Origin: the human T2T-CHM13v2.0 reference genome, Homo sapiens
DNA length: 64,000 nucleotides
Strand: one strand, 5' to 3'
Assembly: GCF_009914755.1 (NCBI RefSeq)
Contig: NC_060930.1
Shown: in pieces, positions 28,954-41,340 of the stretch
Position numbering within the stretch: the stretch's first letter is position 1
Layout: the number at the start of each line of letters is the position of its first letter
Program-made: the position numbers and the translations under genes
The notes under the pieces: generated by a model
Databases searched by the model: none
What the model saw: only the letters and a program-made list of their open reading frames with translations
What the model was told of the DNA's origin: nothing

Positions 28954-29738
28954 TGAATTTGATTTTAATATATAACTTTTTAAAATCTGGGGAAAAAAGA
29001 ATTACATGCTACCCTGGGTAATAATACCAGAGCTGCTGTCGTAGTTCAGCAGGTCAGTTCTGTGTACTCAGTGTTTTCATCCCTTCTGGATGCCACCGTC
29101 CTTGGCCCTCTCTGGAAAGGCCCTTGTTGGTTTCTAAGAAATGAGGTAGAGGAAGTGTTAAGGCTGGCCTAGCTAACATGACTATAAATCCTCTGTGTTT
29201 TAAAACTGCTCATATTGAAATTATGGAAAATAATCTTCTGTAGCAGCCTGGACTCATCTCTCTCCTTACCCAGCTTGGATCCCAGAATTCAATCAGAGAG
29301 CAACCCAAGGTTCATGACACTTGTAGTGGTTTCTGGAAACAGATCTGTGAGTACCAAGAAAAGAGGATAAAGATTCATCCCATCCACCAGTCATTCCCAT
29401 GCACCTCTACCCGCCATCCCCTGTATCCAGGACAACCCCCTTCTGACACCAAAATGCATTTCACCATTGGCTGCTGTCGGTAGATAATACCTGCTCAGCA
29501 TTTGGGACAAGTTCCAGACATAACTTCCTCTTAGTGAATGATCCTGACAGGAGAAAGAATTGAGCTTAATTTATGCCATCTAATAACCTCAGTGCAGCTA
29601 CTTGGGAAGTTAGCCCTCCAGAGTTTCCCCCAAAGTTTTCTCCAGTGAATTACAGTGCCATATATTCTCATTGCTACCAGCGCTGCTCCCAAAATCTATC
29701 TGCTGTTTAATAGTTTTTACCTTTCAAAAATGCAAGCT

Positions 29739-30098
29739 GGCTGGGCGTGGATTTTTGAAAGCATTCCTCCTGCCTTGGCCTCTCAAAGTGCTGGGATTAG
29801 AGGGTGCCTTCTAATCCCAGCAATCCAGCACTTGGAAAGGTCAAGGCGGGAGGAATGCTTGAAGCCAGGAGTGTGAGACCAGCCTGGGCAACATAGTGAG
29901 ACCTTGTCTCTACAAAAATAAAGTATAAAAAAACAGCTAGGTGTGGTGATGTGTGCTTGTAGTTGCGCTACTGGGGAGGCTGAAGCAGGAAGACCTCTTG
30001 AGCCCAGAAGGTTGAGGCTGCAGTGAGCTAGGATCGCACCACAGCGCTCCAGCCTGGTGACAGAGCAAGACCCTGTCTCAAAAAAAAAAAAAAAAAAA
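29739..30098 (+). mobile_element. AluJ with internal inverted duplication
   Basis: ggctgggcgtgg start, inverted left-arm copy at 29759-29804, remainder of dimer, A19 tail. Confidence 0.9.
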
Positions 30099-30169
30099 CC
30101 TAAGCCAAGTGTCAAGATGTGTCTAACAGGTACACAGAACCTGGGCAGAGAAATAAGGTGTTTTGGGCT

Positions 30170-30270
30170 GGTAGAGGGAATGTCAGGGTAGCTACTGTGA
30201 TAGAGGGTAGAGGGAGTATCAGGTAGCTACTCCTTGGGCGGTAGAGGGAATATCAGGGTAGCTACTGTGG
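30170..30270. repeat. ~35-bp tandem repeat x3
   Basis: ggtagagggaatgtcagggtagctact-like unit at 30170, 30206 and 30240. Confidence 0.85.
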
Positions 30271-32034
30271 GTGTCACTCCCTGTTCCTTTTTCCAGAGTC
30301 CTGGGGCTCTCACATCCACCAAGCTGGCTGCTCACTAGCTGGCGGAAGGCAAGCTAAGCAAACATGGAGAAGGGGGGCCAGATGTAGCATTTCCCTTCCA
30401 CCCCAGTCCATCTTTGACTAATGAGGTGTTAAGCTGAGCCAGGAGCCAAGTTAATTCCAGCAGTAATCCATTTCCTGCTGCTTTTATTCAGCCAGCACCA
30501 TTCATCAGAAAGAGAGGAGAGCCCTTGGGACCTTCTGAATCATCCCAATATCTTGAAGAAAGGGAAGGGGCAGCAGGGGTCCACCCACCCCTTATTATAG
30601 ATGCTGAAAGTACAGAAGTATGTCAGGACTTGGTGACAAAAATGTCTATAGACACATCCTGATGCCATCCTGCTGGTGCCCCTACCCTAAGCCCTGACTG
30701 GCAGCAGGTTCTCCCTCACCAGGTAGGCTTTGCTACAAAAAGATGAATTTACTTGTTAGATGGAGGATGCATATTGAGGCCATCCATGCCTCTGCTGCAA
30801 AATCCTTTAGGAGAAAGACAACTGGTATCCAATATCTTCGAGTAATGAACTTATCAGTAAATGTAACACATGAGCTCATTAATCTTAACTTTGCTTTTGG
30901 ACCAAGTGGGAGCTCGGCTTCTCGGGAGACAGAAATTGCATCTCTGTTCTTTTCCTTAAACCCAATCCCAATTTAGAGTCAAACATACTGCCCTGCTCTC
31001 CCTGGGAAGCAGTTAATAATGTTTCCTCACACAATGGATGGCCCAAGCTCAGCTGGGTCACTCCAGCCCCCTAGGCTGTGTACATGTCCCTTGCACACAG
31101 CCTGGGCTCAAGACTTCCTAGTAGGGTGTGAGTGCCAGCTACATCCTTGAGACTGGTTAGTCCCCAGCCATTGAGTACATCACACACTTTTCTTCCCTCA
31201 GGCTGAGGAATATAGGTGAAGTTAATCTTAGAAGTTAAGGCTATTGAATCTTAACCTTAAATCTTAAGGCTGTTGAAACTCTTCATCCTGTGGCCACTTC
31301 GTCCTTGCTTGGGCTCTTGCTGTTCTTCTAAAAGCACAGCCTCTACATCTCTGAAAAGAAGTTGAGGATGTGAGGAGGGATGAGTCAGTTTGCAAGGGGT
31401 GGCTGCCTGTTCTTTATGGCCTGGATGAGGGCTTAAAAGAAAGAAGTCTGAAAAGAGATGCTGTTGGTTGGAAAACAAGTAAGGAGAGTGTTTGCTTGGG
31501 CAGGCTGCTGTGGGATGCCTGCTCCAGACAGGGAGAACAGGTTTAGGAATGGATCTAGATTTACCTGGAAGCTTGCTCCTGTGGACCTGATCCAGGCCCA
31601 CGGGGCCTGGAGGTGTGGTGAGATAATGCTGATGGGATGAGAAGGTGATGAGGAGCCAGCCAGCACTGGCAGGTGTCTTCCTAGCCCTGATCTTGTTCTC
31701 CCCAGCGTTTTGAAAGAGGCGGCCAGCAGACTCTGGGGACCTCAGACGTCTGTGCTCCACATGCGTATCGGCCGCTCTAGAGATTGCCTGGGAAGCTGGA
31801 GGGAATGGGAGACACCCCGGTGCAGCTGCGCCCTGAGTTCTCTGAGCCTGGCTCCTGGCTCCCTGCAGCCCTCCCCTCCTTGTTCCTGACCCAGAGTGAC
31901 TTTACCTGTACCGGCTCCCTGCTCGATAGGCCTCTTGATCTTTCATCACTGGTCTTTTTCTCTTATTTGCCAGACCAGTGTCTCCCTTGGATTTCTCTGC
32001 TTCAAAAAGAGCCTTGCAGCATCCTGCGCTTCTG

Positions 32035-32275
32035 GGAGGGAAAGACAGCTGGAGGCCTGAGTGTGGGCATCTCAACCTCTCTCACCTACCCAGTGGAGTG
32101 AAGGACAGCTGGGGGTCCGAGTGTGGGCATCTCAACCTCTCTCACCTACCCAGTGGAGTGAAGGACAGCTGGGGGTCCGAGTGTGGGCATCTCAACCTCT
32201 CTCACCTACCCAGTGGAGGGAAGGACAGCTGGGGGCCCGAGTGTGGGCATCTCAACCTCTCTCACCTACCCAGTG
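32035..32275. repeat. 60-bp minisatellite x4
   Basis: Near-identical units aaggacagctgggggtccgagtgtgggcatctcaacctctctcacctacccagtggagtg, period exactly 60. Confidence 0.97.
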
Positions 32276-32903
32276 CAGTTAGAAGTGTCAGATTCCTTGG
32301 AGATGGCGATTGGAGCCCAGCATTGCTGTCTCCTCTGTTTCTATCTAATACTTTTTCTAGCACTAGAAATAATCCACTTTCCTTTGAGAGCTCCCACTCA
32401 TTTTTGGGTTGTGGTTTGATCACTCCCACCATCCTCTCAAGCCCCGGCTGTACAGGAGGTGGAATGTCATTTAAGACATAATCATTTCTCCTGCCTCCTA
32501 GAAATGGTGGGCATCCTGTGGTGGAAATCACAGTTTGCCCGAGCCAAGCAGAGAGCTGAGCTGACAGCCTGTGCTCTTCCGCCTGCATGGTGCTGGAGAG
32601 GAGCGCAGAGCCCACTCATTTGCAAGGACAGGGCTGTGTCTCGCAGCCATCAACTTAGGGTTCTACCCTTCAAGGGTCCAGGCAGGGACAGGCTTGAGCA
32701 GCTGTGGAATGCAAAGTGCTGACCCTCTTGCTCCAGGGTGCAGGTGTTGGAGTGAGCTCTCTGCTGCATCAGGAACCCCTGCAGTGAGTGTTGTCCACTC
32801 ACTGGGATGCCCCTCCATCCTCTGGACAAAGGCAATTGTGAGGCTCTGCGCACTTGGAGGCCACCCTAACACACTCTTTCCTCTGCTTCTCCCGCTGCTG
32901 CAG

Positions 32904-33058
32904 GTTATGTGTTCTGTATGTTACATCGCCTCCCCGAGCAGCACGACTGCACATTCGACCACATGGGCCGTGGCCGGGAGGAAGCCATCATGAAAATGGT
33001 GAAGCTGGACCGGAAAGTGGGGCGCTCCTGCCAGCGCATCGGGGAGGGGTGCTCCTGA
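32904..33058 (+). CDS. ZFAND3: ZFAND3 (AN1-type zinc finger protein 3/TEX27) terminal coding exon
   Basis: Acceptor ctctgcttctcccgctgctgcag|GT at 32903/32904. Phase-1 translation (G)[53 protein letters not shown] at 33056-33058. FCxxHRxPExHxC is the AN1 finger second half; the C-terminus is recognised as ZFAND3. Upstream exons lie outside the window. Confidence 0.97.
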
Positions 33059-33278
33059 AGGCCAGGCATGGCCACCACGTGACGCTGTTCTTAGTTCACT
33101 AATGTTAGCCTTATTTAGGACAAAGTCAGCCAGACACCTTGTACTGGGCACGCGTCAGACTGCAGCCAGTCCGTTTCCTTTCTTTAGCCAGCCATCCTGG
33201 TACTGTAGTTTAGGGGTTGATGGTGGTTGAAATTGATTTCTGGCTGGTTACTAAGGTGCCTGCTAGCCATTGTATAAA

Positions 33279-33284
33279 ATTAAA
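33279..33284 (+). terminator. Candidate ZFAND3 proximal polyadenylation signal (ATTAAA)
   Basis: TGTA (33271-33274) directly upstream, ATTAAA, then a T10 tract at 33297-33306. Confidence 0.55.
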
Positions 33285-35273
33285 ACATGAAGAATATTTT
33301 TTTTTTGAGCATGGCTAGTGGATTTAAAACAACACATACCTGTCACTGCTGGAGTCAAACTTATAAAAAGCCTTAAGTGGAAAGTGTTCCAGACGGAGAC
33401 TCTGAGTTAATAGAGGAGTAGAAGCTGGTGTTAAAGTTCCCACGACGCACATGGCTTTGCCAGAAACTCTGTTTAATGATCGGCCTTTCACCTCTTCACT
33501 TATCCTTAGTCCCAGTAGCCAGGATACCTGATGGCCACGTGTGCCTTGGCCACGGGAGGCTGCTGAGATTGGCCACGTGGCTGGGCTGGGTGGTGGCCTC
33601 ACTCTCCCACAGAGCTGGAAATGGGGGGTGGGGGACAGATTCTTACGGAAATTTTTTTACCTGACTTGCTATGAAAAAACTCATCACACAAGAAGAGAAA
33701 CAGTAACCTCACTTTGAAAATTAGCTCCACTCAAGACTAGTCCACGAACGAGACCCGCCTTTTCTACACAGGATCCAAGGTCACGAGAAGCAGCCAGAGT
33801 GCCCCGCCTCCGCCGGCTCTGGTCTGCCATTCGCCAGTGCAGGGATCTGGCACGGACCAGATGTGGCGAATGGCAGCACAGCGCGGTGGCTGGGTCTGCA
33901 CACTGGCCTCTGCAGCCAGATTTCTATATTGGGAGTTTTTTAAAAAGACATTTCATAGCCAACAAGAATCAGTAGAAGTGCTGGGAGCAGCAGCTGGGGA
34001 AGCTGCCGCCCACGGGCTCTGCCCCTTCCAGCTGGAGCCGCCCGTGCCTCCAGGGGCCAAGAGGATGATGTCGTGGCCTCCATTCTCGTTTCTATGCAGC
34101 CCCATAGTCCAAGGACACCCAGTCCACATCTACCATATAGCAAGTTTAGTAAGGGAAGGCAGCATACGTCCCAGGGACAGTGGGTTTGGATCTGTCTAGA
34201 ACAGCGGTTTGTGGCTGTGGCCCAGCTCCGAGAGTGATATTTGCTCTGGTAGGTGAGGGCCTGAGGGTACATTTCTCCACCTGTGCCCCCTCATGTTCAC
34301 AGAGGATTTCAGCAGCTGCAACTGCGCACGCCAGGTGGGGAAGGGTGGGGGTGGGCCTGGTTGCCCCATGTTAGGAAATCACTACCAGTCAGGTGGGGCT
34401 GGGGCTGGGTGGACAGGATCAGGATTCCCTTGAAAGCCCAGGCAGGGTGAGCAGTCCCAGTGGTCCTAGTGCCGCATCAGATCCAGGTGGGTGAGGGCAG
34501 GAGGCCCCTGCGGAGGCAGTGTGGATCTGCCCACACATAGGCTACTGGAATAGTTTAACCCAGCAACTTTCCTTTTTATAAAACAACAAATGGTTCAACT
34601 CTGTCTGCAAATTAACAGCTGAACACCTGCAACTGCAAATGTTTTTTGATCCGACGTACTGAAATAGGAAGTCATGCTCTTCCCACCCTCCACCCACCAG
34701 AGTGGAACCCGCTGCAAAATCCCCAGCCTTAATTCTTGCTTCAGGACCCAGACCGGTGTCTTGCTCTAGGGCAACCCAGGGCAGAGGGGCCAGGTCTGCC
34801 CAGCGTTTACCACTGCTGTCAAGCCACAGCCCTTGGCCACCATACGGGCCATCCTCAGTGAGGCAGCCCCCCATAGGCTTCCGCCAAGCTCTGGTCCCGA
34901 AGAGGCTGTGCGAGCCCTTCCCGGCCCTCCCCAGGGCCCCCCGCCCCCTCCTCTGCCTGCTGCGTGGAGGCAGCCATGGGAAGGAGCCCAGGGGAGCTGG
35001 CCTGGGGGAGCGAAGCCCATGTTCGCTTCCTGACTTAGAGCTGGGGGGGGTGGGGGGTGGGGCTTGTTCCCCTGCAGTATCTGTTCTGTGAAGTTTGTTA
35101 AATGTAAGGAAAGCTTAAATTCTTGTATCTTTAAAAGAGAAAATCTTATTTAACCCTTTTGTGTTCTAGATTTACTTACACACATAGCCTAGAGCTCAGT
35201 TTTAGTTTTAACATTGTGAAAATATTAAAAGAATCTTGTAACTTTATTCTTTTTTCTCCTGCTGAAAAAAAAA

Positions 35274-35279
35274 ATTAAA
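35274..35279 (+). terminator. ZFAND3 distal polyadenylation signal (ATTAAA)
   Basis: ATTAAA with upstream TGTA motifs and a downstream U/GU-rich element; second ATTAAA at 35224-35229. Confidence 0.75.
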
Positions 35280-37201
35280 CCAATCGTATGAAAGTTTGGT
35301 TTTCTTGTTTCACCCCTTCTCCTAAGTGCCCCCTGGGTTGCTGGGAAAACTGACCCATCTCCCTGGCCAGGGCTGGAAAGAGATGGGGGCCTGTGTGCAG
35401 AGACCGTCTGCAGTACTTGGAGGCACTCGTCCAGTTAGTGTCCAGGCTAAACAGCCGCTTCCTTGCTTTCTGTTGGGAGCCTCTGCCCTGGGAAGCTGCG
35501 GGACTGGCCTTGGGGTAAAGGTGGGTCTGCAGGGCCAAGCCTGTGCCAGCAGCCAGGAGGTTACACACTGGGGGGGATCAGAAAACGAGCCCCAGCCCTG
35601 AGGGCCCCAGGCGTGGGTGGGGTGGGTGCTGGGTCCTGAGGGAAGGCAGCATGCCCTAGACCCGAACCCCACCCTAGGAAGGGCCTCCAGGATGGATGAC
35701 GAAGGCTCCCAAAGGCTGGCTTGGAGGAGGTGTGTGCTGTGGCACTCTTTGGTGTATAGGATGAACTTAACTACATTTTTAAATGTTCAAAAAACATTTG
35801 GCAGGGCAGGGGCGAGGCACAGGAGTGGGACCTGTCCCCACTTCTTTTAGGACAGAGATATTGACCGCATAGTTGTCATGAGCGTGATGAAAATCCTCAG
35901 AGGAAATCAGAGGCCCAGTGGCGATGAACAAGCACGGGGGCAAAGGGCAAGAGAGGGCCTTGGTGGCCTGGGTGTGAGGCGGGCCTGCAGGGAGCAGTGG
36001 GCTGTGCTCTGCCCACTGGTCCACAGGAACTGGGTCTGCGTCAGCTCCTTCCTGATTGCTTCACAGAGCAACAGTCCACAGCAACAACATAACTGTTGTT
36101 ATGCCAACAACAGTCCACAGCAAGAAGAGGGGATGGTGGGAAGACAAGCAGAAACCTTCCTGCTGGGTGGCGTGAGAAACAGGAAACCATGGGTGGGAGT
36201 GGGCCGTGGTCTTCAAGGGAGCCATCAGCAGCACATTCAGGGAGCTGTGAGCAGCCCCTCTAGCCCCAAGAAGGGGGTCTCCAAGAGAGAGGGCCCCAGA
36301 TGGGCACAACAGTAACACAGATACCCAAGAGAAGTCTGCAGGAGTCTCAAAACCTGATTTCCTCAGCAGCCATTCTCGCAACTACATGGGGGAAGGCTGC
36401 AGTGAGGGAGGAGTGATCGGAGAAAGACATGGAGACTTGGGACCTGGGGCGGGCTCTGGGGGAACTCAGCACACAGCTCGAGGCCTGCGAGGTGGCCCCA
36501 TATCTTGTCAGCACTGGGTCCTGTCAGAGGGCTTGGAGAAGGTCTAAGAATCAGAGACAGATACAGACAATTAAGCAAGTAATAACAGTGTATTAATGCC
36601 TAAGCAGAAATACACAGGAAGAGGAGCTGCAGACCCTGTGTGACTCAGCTGTGAATAATATTTACGTACAAATAATGTAAACACAAATACTAGTGAATAT
36701 TGCTCTGGTAAAAATATATGCTGGATCTCAGTAGGAGACTGGGAGAGGGAAAGAATGTGCCTGTGTATTGGTGGCAGAGGATAAGAGAGCCAAGTTCTTG
36801 TTCTTAGCAGGAAATCAACAAAGGATGTCCAAAGCTGAAAACTTGAGAGTAGTATGTTATTTAGAAATATGGAGGTAAAAGAGGAGGAAAAAGCTTAGAA
36901 GTTAAAATTGGTTTTCTTTGGGGTAGGAGATAGGAATGCAGTAGGCCTTATATTTACGACTACAGTTAAACATATAACATTGATTGAAAAATTGAAATGC
37001 TTTAATAAGGGAATGATGGAAGCCCTTCCTGGGAACTGAGGGGCCAAGTCCTCAGAAACCTGCCTTACTGTTCTCTGAAAGTGGGTTTCAGGGAGTTCAG
37101 GTCTCTGAGATGCAACATAGAGTGTTGGTTTTGATCAGAGCTGCTTTGGAAGATGCAGGCAGCTGGCACATCACAACACAGCACATGTTTAAAACCCTGA
37201 A

Positions 37202-37550
37202 GGCTGAGGGCGGTGGCTTGAGCTTATAATGCCAGCACTTTGGGAGGCCAAGGTGGGAAGATCCCTTGAGTCCAGGAGTTCGAGACCAGGCAACATGGTG
37301 AGACCTCATCTCTACGAAAAAATATTTTTTTTTTCTTTTCAAACCCTGCATGTGGCATGTGATGCAAAAAAAAAAAAAAAAATTTAATTGCTGCGGGGAG
37401 CGGGTGGTGGTACACGCCTGATAGTCCCAGCTACTCAGGAGGTGGAGGCGGGAGGATCACTTGAGCCCAGAGTTGGAGGCTGCAGTGAGCTAGGATTGCA
37501 CCACTGCACTCCAGCATGGGCAACAGCCTGAGAGCCCATATCTAAACATA
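37202..37550 (+). mobile_element. AluJ with insertion in the central A-rich linker
   Basis: Diverged dimer; TSD-like tttaaaa(a)ccctg on both sides; extra sequence at 37325-37382. Confidence 0.88.
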
Positions 37551-39056
37551 TATATGTATTTTTTTTTTTAATTTAAAAACCCTGGGAAAGGTGGCTGTGG
37601 CAACACCAAGCTTATTTGTTACCAAAAAAACTTTTCTTAATCAGCACACCTTGGGAAAAGTTGCCCTGGTTCATTGAGCACCTACTGTGCGCCAAACACC
37701 TGAAAAACTCTCCCTTGATCCTGTGTGATTCCACTTGGAGGTACCTAGAGTAGTCAAATTCACTCCCTTCAGGTCAGCCTGGAAGTTCCTATCTCCGGGC
37801 TTCTGTGGTATGCCATCCAGCAACCCAGATGTTTGGCTGGGCAGACAGATGGAATGTCACCTTTCCTTTGGCTTAAATGCTGTGCCCAAATTCACACAGA
37901 AACACAGAAGGGTGTTTCCTGCCCGTCACTGGAGAGCCTGGGATGGAAAAAGTGCCTGGAGCAGGAAGATGGCAACACCGAGTGCGTGCTGGGCCCAGGC
38001 CTGGCCCTCCCGCTGCACACCCTCTGGAGCGTCCCACAGGGTTAGGTGATTGAATTGTTGGCAGATGAGAGCACCCCAGACCCGGGACCTAATAAAAGGC
38101 CTTTTGAGTTTTCGACCTGGAAGGACCCCACACCTCAGGCTCCCCTCCTGGCCACCTCTTCCAGGCAGCTCTATCAATCCTAGCAGTGAGGAGTGCAGTT
38201 GAAGGGGCCTGGGGCACACATCACAGGGTTCGATGGGAGAACTTGCTGACAGGGAGCTGGAGTGTCTCTGGAGTCCTCAGGCCCACATCCACCAAACACC
38301 AGGAGGAGCTGAAGAGGAGGGACTCCCAGACTAGGAGGAGAGGGATCTGCTGTGTATGACAAGGTGCCCAAGTTCGGGGTGGGGGTGGGGACCAAGACAT
38401 AGACCCCAGAGGTAAAGCTCTGGGTCTGCACCGTGGCAGCCCCATTAGGGGCATCTTCCAGCCCACAGCCCTGGCTAGGGTGACCTTCATTCAACACCTG
38501 CTATATGCCAGGCAGCATCCCAGACACTGGGGATATGATGGTGACCCAAACTACAGCTATAGGGAACAAAATAAGGGCAGTGCAAAGAATATTAGAGGGG
38601 TGACAGGCATACACGATACGCAGGGGGAAGGGAGCAGGGGGAGAAGCATAGGGTCTGAGGGTCTTTGTCTGCGATGGGCATGGAGGGCCCTGCCTGCCGC
38701 TTGGGGGTTCGGTCAGGCTGCCACTGTGCGAGGAACAGCCTGCAGGGAGTGAGGGAGGTACACAGACCAGAGGACCGGCTGGCTGGTCCGGGAGGCCAGC
38801 AGGAAGGCTCAGTGCTCCAAGGTGGCAGGGAGGTGGTGAGAAGAGCAAGATCCTGGACTGATTTTTGAGGATGGAGATAGCAGGAGTCGCCGATAGGCTG
38901 GGTGTGGGTGAGAGAAGAGAGGAACTATAGACAATTTCTAGTTTGGAGTGTGAGCCGCTGGAAAGATAGAGATGCCGTTAATGAACGACAGGCAGGAGCG
39001 TGAAGGGGGTGGGATGAGAGCAGACGGCTGAGGTGTAGACGAGACACCCAGCTAGA

Positions 39057-39057
<1 letters not shown>

Positions 39058-39090
<33 letters not shown>
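39058..39090. repeat. (TG)n microsatellite
   Basis: Directly visible. Confidence 0.97.
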
Positions 39091-39092
<2 letters not shown>

Positions 39093-39179
39093 CGGGGCTG
39101 GGGGGTTGGGGAGGTGGTGCCTGGATACACAGTTCCAGGGCTCAGTGGAGAGGTCCTGGCTGGAGATGGGCATTTTTCC

Positions 39180-39570
39180 CCAATAATTTTTATGGTAGTA
39201 AAATATGCAGAACACGCAGTTTCCCTTCTGAACCATCTTTAAGTGTACAGTTTAGTATTATTCAATCTATTCATAATGTGGTGCAACCATTGCCACCGTC
39301 CATCTCCAGAACTGGAAGTGGAATCATACAGTACTCGTCTGTTTGTGTCTGGCCGATTTCACCCAGCACGATGTCCTCCGGGCTCATCCACATGGTAGAT
39401 ATGTCTGTGTCCTTCTTAAGGTGGATGCTACTGCACCGTATGATGAAACACACGTGCTTGCCCACCCCTTTGTCAGTGGGCACTGGGGTTGCTTCCATGT
39501 TGTAGTTACTGTGAATGAGGCTGCTGTGGATGTCGGTGTACAAATGAGATACACAGTTTCGAGTCACCTG
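39180..39570 (-). mobile_element. Old L1M 3' fragment within L2-like sequence
   Basis: aaccatctttaagtgtacagtttagt...tgtggtgcaaccattgccaccgtccatctccagaac is an L1M 3' end motif. Confidence 0.7.
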
Positions 39571-40194
39571 CATAGAGCTAGTATTTAAAGCCACAAGCTG
39601 GGCCAAGGACACCAAAGAAGGGAGTGTAAATGTAGAAGAGACGGATGGAGGCTGTGCCTGGGGATGCCATCCAGAGGGACGGAGGAACCTGCAGAGGAGA
39701 CCTAGAAGAAGCTGCCAGCAAAGCAGGAAGAGACAGAAAGATGGGAGTCCCAGAAGCCAGGCGGGGAAAGGAGCATTTCGAGGAGCAGGGAGTGGCCACT
39801 TCTGTGAGCTGCTGCCCAGGCACCAACCGTCCCGGCGCTGGGGACCAATTCCTGGGGAGGGAGACTGGAAAGGTTGCCCAGCTGGACCTCTTCTTCAAGC
39901 AGTTTTGCTACAATGGAAGCAAATGGGCAGGAGAGTGGATGTGGGGGCGAGGGAGTTTACTTTTGAATAAGGAGAAGTTGCTGCATGTTTTTATGCTGTT
40001 GGAATGATCCCGTAGCGAGGGAGAAATTTGGGATCGATGCCCATGATGGGGTGTAGAGCGCAGGGTGGCAGGTGTGGGCACAGGGCAGGCAAGCGGGGGT
40101 GGTATCCTTCTGCTCTGTGTTCTCACGGACATATGGAACAGGGTCGTGAGGAGTGAGTGAGGTTGGGTGAGGGGGTAGCAACAGTTTGGTGGGG

Positions 40195-41340
40195 CACTGG
40201 CATGGATTTACCGGGAGACAAAGCCTTAGCTTGAGGCCCCTCACTCGTGATTGGGCCTCGGCAATGTGTTTGCATGTTCCCAAGATTTTATAAAATTTGC
40301 AAAAGTGAGATACTTTAACTGCAGTTGGTTAAAACCATTCCCTCCTTCCATTCTAACTTCCCTTCCTTCACACTTCCTGTTCTGTTGGGTGATGTTGAGG
40401 CCACATGGTACTTTTGGGTTCTGGCTAAGGGTAAGCAGAGTTAGGGACACGATTCGTTTGAGGTTAGTGGGATATATTTGTGCGTTCACAGTCACTTCTG
40501 CATTTAGTAGGTCATTGCCAGTCATCCTGGGGTAGGGCTGGCTTCAAGAACATGCTTCTTGTCCATTGCCTGACACCTGGTGTCGTAACCAGAAGGAGCA
40601 AGGCCACGGTTGTACTGTGATAGGAACGTGTCCTACGGGACCTGGAACAGGGAGTACCGGTTGTGGAGGAGAGATGAGGCTTGATATATGTGGAGCCGGA
40701 AGTCTGTGGAAAATTCTTCCCACCAGCAGGTGTGTGAATATAAACCAGGAAGACTTGATTCTCATCAATACCTGCTCGATACAGACATTCGCTCTTGTCA
40801 GGAACACGCTCGACAGTGCCGCACAATCAGAAGCGCACCACACTCCTGTCAGAGCATTAAAGATGAGTTTAGGAATGCTGGGGGTGTTCTAGAATCTTAC
40901 AGCTCAGATATGAAAGAAACTTGGTAACAGTTGCCCCACATTTGATGACAGTTCTAAAAATTTACATGACTATGCCAATAAGAGTTGTGAAGATGACAGA
41001 AACTTTTCTAAAGTATCAATAATTCAAAACAGAGATCGACCATGCTCAAGGAAAGATTGAGGAATCTTTCTATTCCTACATGATATTACAAGATCATTAT
41101 CATGGGAAAGGGTGATGAAAGAGGACACAGCCAAGCAAAGTAGGAACAAAATGTGACAGATGTGTCACCACCAGTGAGGGTGAACTGCAGACATCTGGGT
41201 GTTTGTTGACTTTAAAACGTGTAATTTGTTGGGAATTCTTTTCCCATGTTGTACCTAATTTGGGAGTCAGAATTTTTACTCTTTTTCTTAAAGGGGGGCT
41301 CCCAAACTGTATAAACTTCCGGCCCTGCGTAACCTGGGGG
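40195..41340 (+). mobile_element. Zaphod-like hAT-Tip100 DNA transposon fossil
   Basis: Frameshifted hAT C-terminal dimerisation remnant at ~40935-41075 (PHLMTVLKIYMTMPI / SCEDDRNFSKVSIIQN / TMLKERLRNLSI); Zaphod-like ends (ggatttacc...gcttgaggcccctcac; ggggctcccaaactgtataaacttccggccc). Confidence 0.7.

Larger units (their letters stand above)
33059..35295 (+). other. ZFAND3: ZFAND3 3'UTR
   Basis: Repeat-free sequence after the stop; AU-rich end with ATTAAA at 35224-35229 and 35274-35279, then GT/T-rich gtttggttttcttgttt. Exact cleavage site inferred. Confidence 0.85.

Noticed and set aside
32571-33102. Track ORFs overlapping the ZFAND3 last exon
   Set aside because: Wrong frames; the real frame is entered by splicing.
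40935-41075. hAT transposase motif as a possible domesticated gene
   Set aside because: Multiple frameshifts in a short remnant; fossil transposon.
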